DNA of 63,922 nt, filler included, from Diploschistes diacapsis (Eukaryota), in NCBI GenBank assembly GCA_023645945.1. It is 10 parts of 10 records of this genome, joined end to end, with 100 filler letters (N's around TTAATTAATTAA, not from the genome) between each part and the next. Parts side by side here need not be neighbours in the genome. Positions count along the whole stretch, not along the records: positions 29,157 to 55,621 come from JALAIB010000179.1; 9 more parts are not named here. One strand, written 5' to 3'. The notes under the pieces were generated by a model, which was not told where the DNA came from, did no database searches, and worked only from the letters and a program-made list of their open reading frames with translations. Each line of letters begins with the position of its first letter. Position 1 is the stretch's first letter. Of this stretch, positions 37,756 to 50,117 are shown piece after piece. Position numbers and translations under genes: made by a program.

Positions 37756-40506
37756 ATGACCTACTCAAAGGCCCATGTCATTCTTGATGCTGTTCAATTT
37801 GCAGCCAACGCTGATACGCGCAACTTTGGCCAGCTAACTGCTCAGGACGGCCACACGCTAACGAAGAGGCTCGCTCTGCGAATACTTCTGACGTACCTAC
37901 CCGAGAGTACTCCTCCTTCACATTATGTGGAACTTCTCCAGGATTTGGCCGCCGACAAGGTTGCTGCCACGTCTCAATCTCAAGTGCCACAACCCTCAAA
38001 GGACCTGAGCGAAGATGATGCTACTTCACGAGTACGGAAGCTACGGCTAGTCTCGCTTACCACAGAAGGAATCGAAAGCAGTTCCGCAGACGAACTCGAC
38101 AAATTTATCATAAGCCGAGCACGAAGGGTCGATGCTCAACTAGGTTCTCTTACCTTGCTTCAGCAACTTGTTGAGCCTTTTGTCAAGCAATCAGTTTGTC
38201 TAAAAAAATGGACGGTGGCCGTCCTGGTACCACTGGTCCGCCTTGACTACGAATACTGCATAGATAGTGGTCGCGCGTACAGTCTGGAAGCCTTTGAGCG
38301 CCTACATGGCCGTTCAGGAGTTGAGGCGCTCATGGCGAGGGCCGTTAGCAACAGGGATCCAGAAGCTTGGTATATTGGCCGGAATATAAGAGGCATCTTG
38401 GGACCCTGGGTTCTTGGCGAAGTCTGGAGAAGACAGAGACAGGGTGGAGCAGACACATCAAAACTTACCACGACAGATGGACAACAGATAGAGGAGCTGC
38501 TTGCTTCCTGCTGGAGCAACGTCTATGAATGGTTCCTTGATCTGGCAAAAAAAGATTTTACTCTTGCACTCCAATTCTTTGATCAATGGGACGGGCCGGG
38601 TGACGTGGACTACGGAGGGCTTCATGAGGGCAGCTTTGGTGGCAATGCTTTGGCTACGGCAGAAAAAAAATACGCACAAACTGGCCTCGCAATACTATAT
38701 CAGTGTCAAGACACTGCTCTCACTACGTCAGAGAATACTTATGCCATCCTCTTAAAAGTAGCGAAAGTCGGTGGCCTAGTTCCACCTCCCGATCTAAACA
38801 CATTCAACAGGGAAGCCTTCTCTTCGTCACTGTCAAGTGACTACCTAGGCACTATTTCGACAGTTCATCTATTACCTGCAGAGCTTCTTGAGCCATTCAA
38901 CCCTTTAACAAGACCGAACAGCGCCAGTTTGGAGCTGACCTCGATGGTGCTGTTATCTTCCCGGCTTCTAAACAATCTTGGGCACGCATTAACCTTAGAT
39001 AGGATTCTAGGCCTTGCTTTATTTGGATCGCGACTTGATCAGTGGGAGATGTTTCGAAAGATCCTCTACGGTCTTAATAGCACAATTTTCGGAGATGACG
39101 GAGCATGGTCGGAAGCACGCCACAAGTTCTTATGGCTTCGTGGATGGCAGTCAAATGGTGGAGCCGCACAAGCAAGGCATGGATTGTTCACGCAAGTGAG
39201 CCTTGAGGACTATGAAAATGAGATACTCAAAATCCTTGTTACCCACGGTCGCTATCAATTAGTGTCCAACACTTACTGCAAATTTGAGACTGGCCCTTTA
39301 CCGAAGGACGAGGTCGAGAAATCGGTTCTACAGGTTGCTTTGGCAGCATACGATAACGCGAGCAACGGAAATCGTACTCGAGGTGGCATCAAGAAAGCGA
39401 ATGAGATTATCAGCTCACTAAGTTCCTTTTTTCCAGACTCAATTGGCTTTCGCCAGGTTTCGGCGCTCATACTCGCCACACATAGGCTGTCATTCTACTC
39501 ATTGACACTGCAGCACGGTGTTCCCTTCCTTCCCGTCAACATTCGCGTTCAGTCAGACCCACTGAGCTTGATTGATAAATTGCTGAAGCAAAATCCTCAA
39601 AGTTATACTAAGCTCGATGATCTCCTCGATATCGGTCGAGATCTTGTCAGAGCTGGTCTGATCAAGAACGAAGACTCAGAGCTCCCTTCGCAGAATATCT
39701 CAGAAGAAGACAAGGTAGGGCAGGCTGAACGACGCATTACAGCCAAAGCTATAGAAGCTTCGTTGTTGGAGGACGATTTTGATACTGCATATTCCTATAT
39801 CGTGAACCGACTGTCCGCATCTAAGCCACAACCCTCTGAGCTTTCGGATGGGCAGACGGACGTGGGTCAAGATGTCCTCTGGAAAGCTGCGTATCAGGCT
39901 GGACGGTACCAGCCCGGAAACAAACAGGGTCCTTCTGCTCTCCGTCGCCTTGAGCAGAAAATGGAACTACTCTCCCAAGCGCTTTTCCTAGCCCCTGCTT
40001 CGTCCCTTCAGGAGATCCTGACTACGTGGCGTATGTGCGAAAAGGATCTCAATGCTGCACTAGCCCAGGAGGCCGAGGAAGAGCAGGCATGGAATGCCAG
40101 AGGGGAACGAACGATTCCGGGAGGCTTCACACGCGAGGATATTGCGCCGAGAATCCAGAAGCCGCGAGAGGCGACGCGCAAGGCGCTGAATGAGGAGGCG
40201 CCTATGAGCTTGTTCGATGTCACGAGAAGCGCAGCCGCCGCGCTCTCCAAGTCGGCCTTTCCACTCCGAGGTCAGAGGCAGGGTATCGCGGCAGGGGATA
40301 GTAGGATGGACGTGAATGATCAAGCAAGTCTAGCGAGTCCAGAAGGGGACGGGGCAGGAAGGATCAGGAAACGGGATATGGTGAGTAATATGGTTACTGG
40401 CAGGTTGGCGTCCGGAATCGGATGGGTTATAGGCAAGTCCCGGACTATCGTTGACGTCGTACTATACTAATATGTCCCAGGCGCGCCTACAGGGCAGCGG
40501 GAGTAG
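37756..40506 (+). CDS. SEC39: Sec39, Dsl1 tethering complex subunit (probable terminal GC-AG intron 40433-40480)
   Basis: RILLTYLPESTPP, YDNASNGNRTRGGIKKA, HRLSFYSLTLQHGVPFLPVNIR, RKRDMVSNMVTGRLASGIGWVIG. Confidence 0.88.
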
Positions 40507-41399
40507 TGCAGTTGTACAGCATTTGCATCCTCGGCGTATAGCCCATGAGATTGGGATTTTGCTGGTATGTCTGCACGATCTCATTCCCCGAACATATTTT
40601 CAGTATATCCAACGGCAGCGACATGAGGACTCAGCGCGAATTTTTCAACGTCTTTGCTTTGAATCCACTTCATTCGCGTAGTAAATGAATGACTTCTTTC
40701 ATTCAAAGACCTTATCAAGGCAGCCGTACATGGGGACTGTAGACATGCAAATCAGGATCGTCTAATGACTTGCCGCAAGATGAAATGCCCTTGTTGGAAG
40801 GATACTTTGACACCCGAACCCATTATAAGAAATAATTCACGCATTGAGGCTCTACCTCTATACCGATGAGATAAATCACTCCTCTTCCATGATCGACATA
40901 CCCAACTACTTAGGTAGAAGCGACTGGAAACTAGCTGCTGTCGGAATGAAGCGTACTATTTCCGCTATAATTACAAGGAAAAGGAAAGCCAGGGTGTTAA
41001 AACGGATAGATCATTGCAGTAGCAACAGCTGTTACCTGGAGGCTGGAACTTTGGAAGTTATCGGTGTCTGCGACTCTGTGAGCGTACTTGACGGCAAATA
41101 TTCTTGCACAGCCTTCGAGGGAAGCCTTGTGTTAGGAAAATACTGTAGCATCTGATCACGAATGTGCTTTTTAGCGTCTCAAGCAGCGTGGCTCTCATGT
41201 CGAGTTCCTGGATCCCTTAAACTTTGTCACTTGTGAGAAAGAGATGCGGCTGTTTACTCAAGATGGACGTCGGTGTTATCCTTTAAAGGAGAGTTTCCTC
41301 CATGGAAAATTCAGAGGACTCCCTTTTGCCACATTAGTAAAAGACATCCAAGACTACGGTTAAGGTCTTTTTACTCTAGCTTGAAGTATAATCGAAAAA

Positions 41400-42322
41400 A
41401 TGGACTTCGAGGATCCTCCTCAACCTCCTCAACCTGAAGTACTAGTCATAGCTATCTTTATACCCCCTCATAGTCAGCATTATCATCATATCTGTCGTGA
41501 TCCGTTATTGCAGGAGCCAGAGCAGAGGGCGCACCCACATCGCCAACGCAGCCGAAAGAAACGAGATTGCCACACGAGCGAGCGAAGCGAAAGACATGAA
41601 GCCTGGAACGCAGGTCAGGTTTTCGAGACATGTACGCAACGGGAGCTGGCAGCAGTGGACGCTCATATTCGACGATTTTAAGTACGAATTATGCAAAGCG
41701 AAACAGGAAGTTGCTACTACAACACTGCTCCTAGACCACGAGCGACGCGATGCGGCGAATGACACAGCACTCTTTCCCGAATACAATGGACACTATATCG
41801 TCCTGGTCGGCTGGACTCCTAAGCCCCGCGAAGAAATCGACGAGATAAGTCAGTACATTGTCAACGGACTTCCAAAAGCCGTTCCTACTGGAACAATGTC
41901 CTAATCTATTTTAGGGATCTGACAGACAGGATACTAGTGGAGAGGAAAGCGACAGACTACCCTTGGTTCAAGGAGAGTCTCGGGGTTTCGTATCACTACA
42001 GAGCGACCCTCCCGAAGGCGCCCACGAGCATGCATCTGCTGCAACGGCAACAGGCGGCGCAGATACGCTCGTACCACGCGCAAAATCTTCACCAATGCTT
42101 GACGGTCAATGCGTATAATGTGACGATTCTGTGAACGACTCGACTCGCAAGCAATATCACCACGGAGTAACTCGGCATATGTCTGCCGCCCATACGCAAT
42201 ACCACCACCATCACCAAATGCTAGCTACGGATACATATTCAAATTTCGCTATCTCATCTGCTACTGCTGCATCCACTACGGGAGCGGGCAGTAGTGGTGG
42301 CGGCGGCGGTTTCGATCCGTGA
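41400..42322 (+). pseudogene. Frameshifted gene for a single-TM fungal protein of unknown family
   Basis: Removing one C from the C5 run near 41463 restores a TM helix VLVIAIFIPLIVSIIIISVVI; further shifts near 41880 and 42130 join VLVGWTPKPREEIDEI to WNNVLIYFRDLTDRI...ATDYPWF and a His/Gly-rich tail. Confidence 0.5.
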
Positions 42323-44063
42323 GGCTTGGAGGCATGTCTTGAAACTTCGAGGAATATGGCTTATAGCAACAATGCCACTTTTGAAGAATTTACCACCGCG
42401 CCAGGCGATATTCATAATTGTTTGCACATCCTGTACCTCCTGGACCACTTTGTGCCCACACAAAAGCACGAGAGATGCTTCGGGTCTGTTACTAACCAAA
42501 TCGAAGATACTCGAAGCTCTCCCTAGAGTTTTAGATCTATTTTATGATCCATCTAAAGCATTTCCGAGCTCTTGTGTGGCCATAAGGTGGTGAAAGAGGT
42601 TCACATGCAGCTCACAAAAAGTGGCAGGATGAAACACCTAGAAAGCCTTGTTTTGCTCTCCATACTTCAAGCTAATGTCGAAATCTTACCCAGCCCTCTA
42701 GGTACAACAACTAGCGAGGTAGGCCCCCACTGCAAAGGACCGTGGCCCATATGATGGGCTGGGGAAGATAGCATAGAGGGTCCGTACAAGACTACAGGTG
42801 ATATAAGAGCTGGGAACCTCAAGGCGTGGGAATCAATTGTATTGGATCGGAGCTGTTGTCCATGGCGCCTATGGATGCACGAAAGAGGACAATAGGATTA
42901 AGGCAGAGTAGCTTCCCTACTGATTTCCTATGCTTCGCTGATCTCACAGTTTTAGATTTAATTCCCATTTCGACCGGACAATAGAACGTGCTCGAGTGAA
43001 GAACGATGTTTCCCTACTCTTACCATCACTTTCCTCCATCAGATCCTGAAGTAGACTTGCAAGAGAATATAGTTTTGCAACATATTCAGTAGGGCTCCCA
43101 GTTCTTATAATCCAATGCCTGCAAGCTTCGCGCGGATCAGATTCTGCTCTGGTGGTTGTGCATATCTAAATATAGATGAGCATTGCTACTTGCAAGCCAG
43201 AGTCCAATGCAACGACCAACGACCAACGTTAGGAAACTAGTCTACACGTGCAAGAAGCGCTCACGGGTAGTCTTCGGAGAAATTTCAGTGCAGCTTTTTC
43301 ATGAAAGGTCGTCGAAGGACCATACCTTGTCGATAGCTCCTTTTGAGCACGTTTGAACGATGTGTGCCTACTTCCTTCTCCGTCGCAAAACTGTTTTGTC
43401 CGTTTCTCAGTAACGTCGAGTTGCTGTATTGCACAAACTTGCTCGTTGTGGGCGCCCGCGGTCTGGAGCTGTGAGTATCTTTACCACAAATTGCTGAGCA
43501 TTGATTATATAAAACTCCATAATACAAACGTCGTTTTCGGTCTTTTGGGTTGTGTTTGTTGAGATTTCCATTCTTGGTTTGTCTCGCCATATCTTGGCTC
43601 ATCAGGTAGATACTCAAGAGGTACATTGCATTCCTCCATCCGCTACCGTGGTTGCGAGCGTGCTTCTACGCACTGATTCAATGATTTACTGCATTCGAAG
43701 GCAACCAGGTCATAGGATATTACAAAATACTTTGTTATCTGAGCTGCTTAGAGACAGAGCCGGAGTGGTTTATCCTCGAAGTCGTCAAGCATGTGGCCGA
43801 GCTTTGGAAACAATTTACAAGGTGAACGATCGCAACTAGCTCTCATAGACCAAGTGGTACGTCCATTTGGGGATGGACAACTTCCCGTAGCAACATGTGT
43901 GGAACATATACGGGCAGGATTTCGCATTATGACTGCTCATCTGGTGACCTCTGATTGTGCTTCCGCCGAAGGTCCTTGGACCGGATGGTTGAACTCTCCC
44001 TTTCTCATTCAGTGGAAGACTGCACCGCGCACACAATGTCTTCTAGACTGCCTATGTGAGCCC

Positions 44064-47000
44064 ATGAGTGGATTCAGAAAGCATTAACAGTCTTAGGGCT
44101 CCCATTCTACTCCTCACTTTCCTTCTACTCCAGCGGTCTCTACACTCTTCACTCTTTTGCAGGTTGCTTTCCCATCTGGTTTTGGAAAGCCTCGCATTCA
44201 TGCAGCAGCGTCCCCTGTCCAGTCGACATGCCTGAACGAGTTCTCATAGCTGGACCCTAATCGGGCTCCTAGCTCAGTCCGCCGCCATCGGTGCATGGCC
44301 GGTCGAGCTAGACGGAAAGTCCAAGGCGGTGGTCAAGAGGCAGTCGGTTTGTCACAGTTCTTCCTCTGTTTCCTCTGCCTTTTCTAAGACACCTGAGTTT
44401 CCCAACCCCATAAGCCTATTGAGCCCAGCACAAGCCGTCATCCTGTATCTCAGCCAGTCTCTCAGCAGGAACCTACTCCTTTTCATCAATCTACTTCTTC
44501 CATCCCTTCACCTCCTTCGGAACATCATTCTTCACCTTACCATGAGCCCACCTGTGGCTCATTAACTATTCACCAATCTACCCACCGGACATCGGTTCAG
44601 CACTCGTCTGTTCTAAAGCCTACATTCACGAAGTTCTTATCCAGCACTCCTCTACTCTTCCCAAGCCTACATCTCACTCCACTCCTACCCACTTGTCTTC
44701 TACCCATTCAGGTTCTACCCATTCGACAGCTAAGCATTCCACTTTGAAGCCGTCCCACCAACAGACTCAGCCTGATGCCCGCGACGACAGTGTACGCCGT
44801 GGCGAGCCAACTGCCATACATGCGAGAGTTAGCGAGATCCCTAAGCATACCCTACCCCTTACTATTTCAACAATACTAGTACCTCGTCAGGTGCGTCTAG
44901 CACTTGGGAGCCGTGGCCTCCGGCGCAGACGTCAGCATCATCATCATCATCATCCTCAGGCCACGTCTATGTGTGTGGAGAGTCACCGCCATCGTGCGCC
45001 GGCACTGCTCACCATTCAACTGTCTCAACGTCGTCTGCTACAGCGGCTTGCTCGGGCTCTTCTCAAGGTTGTTCAGGGCAGGCACTGTCGTCCTCTAGCT
45101 CGTCATCTACAGCAGCATCCTCGTCTAGCCAAGCTGTTCAGCAGCCTCTGTGTTCGTCCGCACCATCGTCGTCCCACTCTACATCCTCGCTTCCAAGAAT
45201 CTCAAGCTCATCGTTCGCATCGTCATCGAGTGCGGCAGCGACTGGCTCGTCGACGTTGTCTTGATCTACTGAAGTGCGGCAGCGTTTTCATCTTCATCCC
45301 AATCTTCAGTACCCTCTTCGAAGACGGGACCATGCCATTGAGCTCTGAGGCTTCAGTGACTACGTTGACGGCTGGCTCTACTACCTCTTCTACAAAGTCC
45401 TGCTGATGGTCAATTACATCGTCAGCCACATCCAGTTCGGTAAAGAAGACCGTCGTCACATTCGGATGCTTCAAAAACTCCCTGGTCAACTCGTCCCACC
45501 GCCTCTTCCCTAGCTTCTTATCCAGGGGTAACTTGGTCATCAGCCACATCCCTTTCAGTAACCGAGACAAGCGCATCGAAGTCGGCTGCTTCATTGACTC
45601 CGTCGTCAACTGGTTCCGCTGCTTCTTCAAATTCTGCAAACACTTACCCGTGGTCAACGCCATCGTCAGCCATATCCCATTCAGTAAAGGAGACAACGTC
45701 GTCACATTCCGCTGCTTCAACGACTCCCTCGTCTACTGGCTCTACTGCCCCTTCCCTACTAGCTTCATACCCAGGGGTAACTCAGTCATTAGCCATATCC
45801 TCGTCCGAAGCATCACAGGCTCCCCCATCATCTTCTTCCCAGCCAGTCACCGCTTCGTCCGCCTTCAGTGGAAGAACGTCTACCGTATCGACCTCTTCTA
45901 ACGCAGTTACTGTTGGCTCCTCTTCTACTGAGAAAGCCTCGACCCCGCGTCGTCGACTCAAGCACCATCCACTAGTTCCTCATCCGCTTCACAAGCGCCC
46001 ATTGCCTCCTCATCCCTTTCATCAGTCGCAATCGGAACATCTTCTAGCCTCCTTCGCGCTAACCCAAACTGGTACTTTGTCTTCTGCAGCCCCGAGCTCC
46101 GTTACATCTCATGTCTAATCAAGCTCTAGAGCTACCATGCCAACCGGATCTGCAGTATCTTCAGCGGCGTCTAGCAGCGGCTACATCACGTCAACTACCC
46201 CGATTGCGCCGTCCAGTTCCGCCTTCACGCCGTCGGGTTTAGCCTCCACATTGTCTGTTCAGTTTCTACGCCGTCCCGCACCGCAAACTCCAATACTTCA
46301 CGTGATTCCATGGCCAGTTCCTCTACGGCGCTAGAACCATCGACATAAGTTCAAGACCCAAGACGAACACCGCCACATCTGCCCCAGCATCTGCTACCAA
46401 GGTCGTGTCCTGTTACACCACCAACCCGCTGTGCAGCCCAAAGTCACTAGGTCCGCTGACGCCCATGTCGGTGGTGGCACGTCCAGTATTGAAGCTTCAA
46501 CAACATCTATTCTCTCCAGCCCCACCTCCTTGAGCAACTCTATTGTTGCTAGCACCACGACTATCTATGGCTACATCGGCTGAAGCCCCTGCCAGTAACG
46601 CCACGGCGTCATTTTCTAGTGCCCAGCCTGCAAACACTTCTACTTTCTTCAACTCCAACTTCTTGACTGGCTCCAGTATCATTGGCACCACAAGTACATC
46701 TACCTTTGCCACTGTTACATCCGTGACATTATCAGCCACTTCTTTTGCCACTACAAGCTCTGGTGAGAATCAGCCTTTAGCGTCATTAACAGTATCATCT
46801 TCAATCACGAGCCACACCCAGGCTTCAACCTTCGCCGCAAGCGCTATTACCTCGGCCCCGTCCCCCTCAAGCGACGCTTCCTCCGCACCTTCAACTGCAT
46901 CAGCATCATCTTGTTCCTGGTCTTGCAACAACCAAACAGCTCAGAACACCGGCTGCTAGCCGCTACCAAAAGGCACAGCGCAACCTACTGACTCGCCCTA

Positions 47001-47710
47001 CGACGTTTCCTCGTTCCAGCAGAACGATTACTATTCTGTAAGGCCCCCCCTTCACTCGACTCCGGTCCCTCCTGACAGCTTCTACCCTTCCCTGAGCCGT
47101 TCCATTTCCACCCACTAACGCCTTCCAAAGGAACTTGCCCTCAACACCACAACTCCCAAAAACTACAGGCGCGTCTTCGAGGACCTCAACCGCATCAATG
47201 GAGGCGTCCAGGCGATCAGAACGCAAGATACGGCGCCCTACGATCCTGATCAGTGCGCCAGCCTCTGCTCGGCGGATGTAAACCGTGCTGGCTTCAGAGT
47301 GCATGTCCAGCGCGACCCGACGCTGATGCCGACCGACAGCTGTAGACACCCATCATCAACGGCAAACTTCAAGTGTGCATTGTACGCACAGACGTTCAAC
47401 GAGCGGAATGCGGTCAATGACGGGCAGTGGATGAAATCGTTCCGTGTTGTTATTTCAGGAAGCAACGGTAAGCTAGACAACCCGCCTTATTTGACTCGAG
47501 ACTCTTCGTTCATTGCTCGACTTTTTCTATTTCACTCCTACCAGAGCCTGTGCCTTCACACTTTCCTGGTCTAGTTCTTTTTTCCTCCCTTTCACTACGC
47601 CTTCCTCATTCACATCCCACCGTGAGTTAAATAGACAAAGTTCACTCACCGTTTCCACCATCGTTCTACATAAGTACTAATCTGCTTCGCGCAGGCTACC
47701 TCAAGCAACT
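44064..47710 (+). pseudogene. Decayed large Ser/Thr-rich secreted/cell-wall protein with a Cys-containing C-terminal domain
   Basis: Ser/Thr-rich coding signal keeps switching frame; internal repeats at 45410-45830; the C-terminal YDPDQCASLC...QRDPTLMPTDSCRHPSSTANFKCALY...NDGQWMKSFRVVISGSNG|YLK matches a recurring fungal secreted domain. Confidence 0.65.
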
Positions 47711-50117
47711 CGTCTCCCCGTCATACCCGGCCCACACCACGCTTTCCCCCGTCTACCAGGCTCACTCCACACTCTCCACATCCACGAAGGCTGCGCGGCA
47801 CACACCATAGGCTCCGTAACACTACCGAGCGTCGAAAAAATCACGGGTCATGGAGTGCAATATTCGATGGCCCAGCTTCGATAACACATTCCAAAAGGGA
47901 CCGATTTCTTTGAGTCAGAGGAAGGGGAAGGAAAAGGGCGTTTTCTCAAGCCATTCGTTGGCACCGCTTCACTGTACTATTTGCCACTATCCTTCAATAC
48001 CCTTCAGTACACCTTTTAATAAACATTCCAGCCTTCACTCCTTGCCACTCTTTCTACACACGGTTACTTTCATGCACTCCCTTGCACCACCTGTTGATAC
48101 AGTGTACTATTGCCTTCAAGAGTCTCAGTTTACTTGACGAACTTTTTCTCACCATTTAGATACAACCCTCAATTTCCAAGATACAAAATTCTATGCGTTT
48201 GCCACACGCGCACTCCCCAACAGGGCCCCTTTCTCTTTGCATCACGTCCCGTTAGCCCTACGGGTACCTGGCGATCAGGAACCCCGCTCGAGAAAGACCG
48301 AATTGCATACTGGATTCTTTATTCATCAGCAGTTACCTACTCAGCAGGAGGGCGGCAGATGCCAAAACGGAAAAAGGAAGCCACAATACGGAAAAAAAAG
48401 GAAGAATGGAAAAGAGGGGGCGTTTAAAACGTATTGCGTACATACATATATACATCGATATACATATATACATCGATAAGGGTATCGCAGGCGTGCAAAA
48501 GTCGCGCATTTACAGGGCGGTTTCCAGCTTCCCATTCCATTCCATTCCAAATCCAAAATCCATTTCCCCCCATCCAAGCCAAAACTCTAGTCTTTCCAAA
48601 ACCCAGCACAGTACAGCACAAATAACGGCACAGTGCAATCGAACCCGGTGGCTACCACCACCACCACCACCCCTTTGTTCCCCTTGTTCCCACACACACA
48701 CAGAGAAGGTATAGGTAGAAACCAGCCACAAACAACCCCATCTCAGCCCCAACTTCACACACACACACACGCGCGCGCCTGTACCCTACCACGAGCCCCG
48801 CACCGGGCGATGAAAACACCCCCGTATTCCGCTTCACCACCTGATATCTCTGCCGCCCCACCGCGCTGCTCTCAACCCTCTCTCTCTCTCGCGCGCGCGC
48901 CCCATTGTCGACAAACACACAGCCCGGCTCGTGCGGGTTGTGGGAAGGTGCCCGCGGGTACTGCTGACGACGGGAAACGAGGACGGCGAGCGAGGAAGGC
49001 AAAAGGAGAAGTCAAAGGAAAAGGAGCGGGCGTGCAGGTAGGTAGGTGGTTTCGCAGGGCGCGCTGTGTCTTGGATCGAACGTGTATTTTATATTTTGTA
49101 TTTATATTCTATTTATATACGAGCGAGCGAGCGTGAATAAGGGGACGGGACATGCTGGAAACTGAAAATTTGGGAACAATGGATGATTTTTTTTCTTAAA
49201 GCAATAGATGCAGCGCCGTGGTGGGGTAGTCGTCGGAGGTAAATCAATATATATATATAGATAGAATAAAATTACTATCCATCTATCTAACCCTAATAGA
49301 TGCAGTGCGATGGGAAAGGGACTGGAAAGCTAAGGAATGAATATAGCTATACCTTTATGTGTTAGCCGTCCGTCCCCCGTGCGTGCATCTATCTGGATAA
49401 AACATCCAACGTAAGAATAAAGAGAAAGAAAAAAGGCGAAAGGCTTGTTCGTTGTTTATTATTAATTATACGTTGTGATGGGTGCGTTCGTGGATGGATG
49501 ATTGGATAGATGGAAAGTGTGTTGGGATTATGATATGGGCGTGGTGGAAATATGCTCAAAGAGCCGAGTTCTTGGATTGACTGGGATGCCGTCTTGAATG
49601 ACTGATTAGGTAGTCCGGCAGGTGGATTGGTGAGCGAGGCATACTAGCACGTACGCGGATGACCGGTTAGGCGAACAGATGGGCCAGTGTATCGAGAAGA
49701 TGGCATCGAACGGCACGGCAGCAAATTGCGCAAAAAGGTTGATTAAGTATAGATTGATTAGTTAGGTGGCTGAATAAATAGTTAGAGGGGTGAGTATGTA
49801 TAAAATTCGCAGTAGAGTCGTTCATGCGCTCATCATCTCGTATCCTCCCCCTTCCAGTCCCTTCCAATCCATCCCATCTTATCTAAAGCCACCGCAAATC
49901 CCAACCGACGGCAAACAAATGGGCAAGCTCGGCTTCCCCGCCCAGATGGGGACCGACACACGCATGCAACCTCGCCGTTAGCCACAGCGGCGCAGCATGC
50001 ACAGCGTCCGATGCCACAACGCTACTACCACGCCGCAGGTCACGAAACCCTAAAAAAACCCCAAGGACGCAAAAGCTTCGAGAAGAGAAACTATCCAACG
50101 CCGCGTCCTCCATCCAT

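Noticed and set aside
47850..50050. Many small ORFs among CA, CT, TA and CCA microsatellites
   Set aside because: Low-complexity intergenic/3' region with no coding signal.
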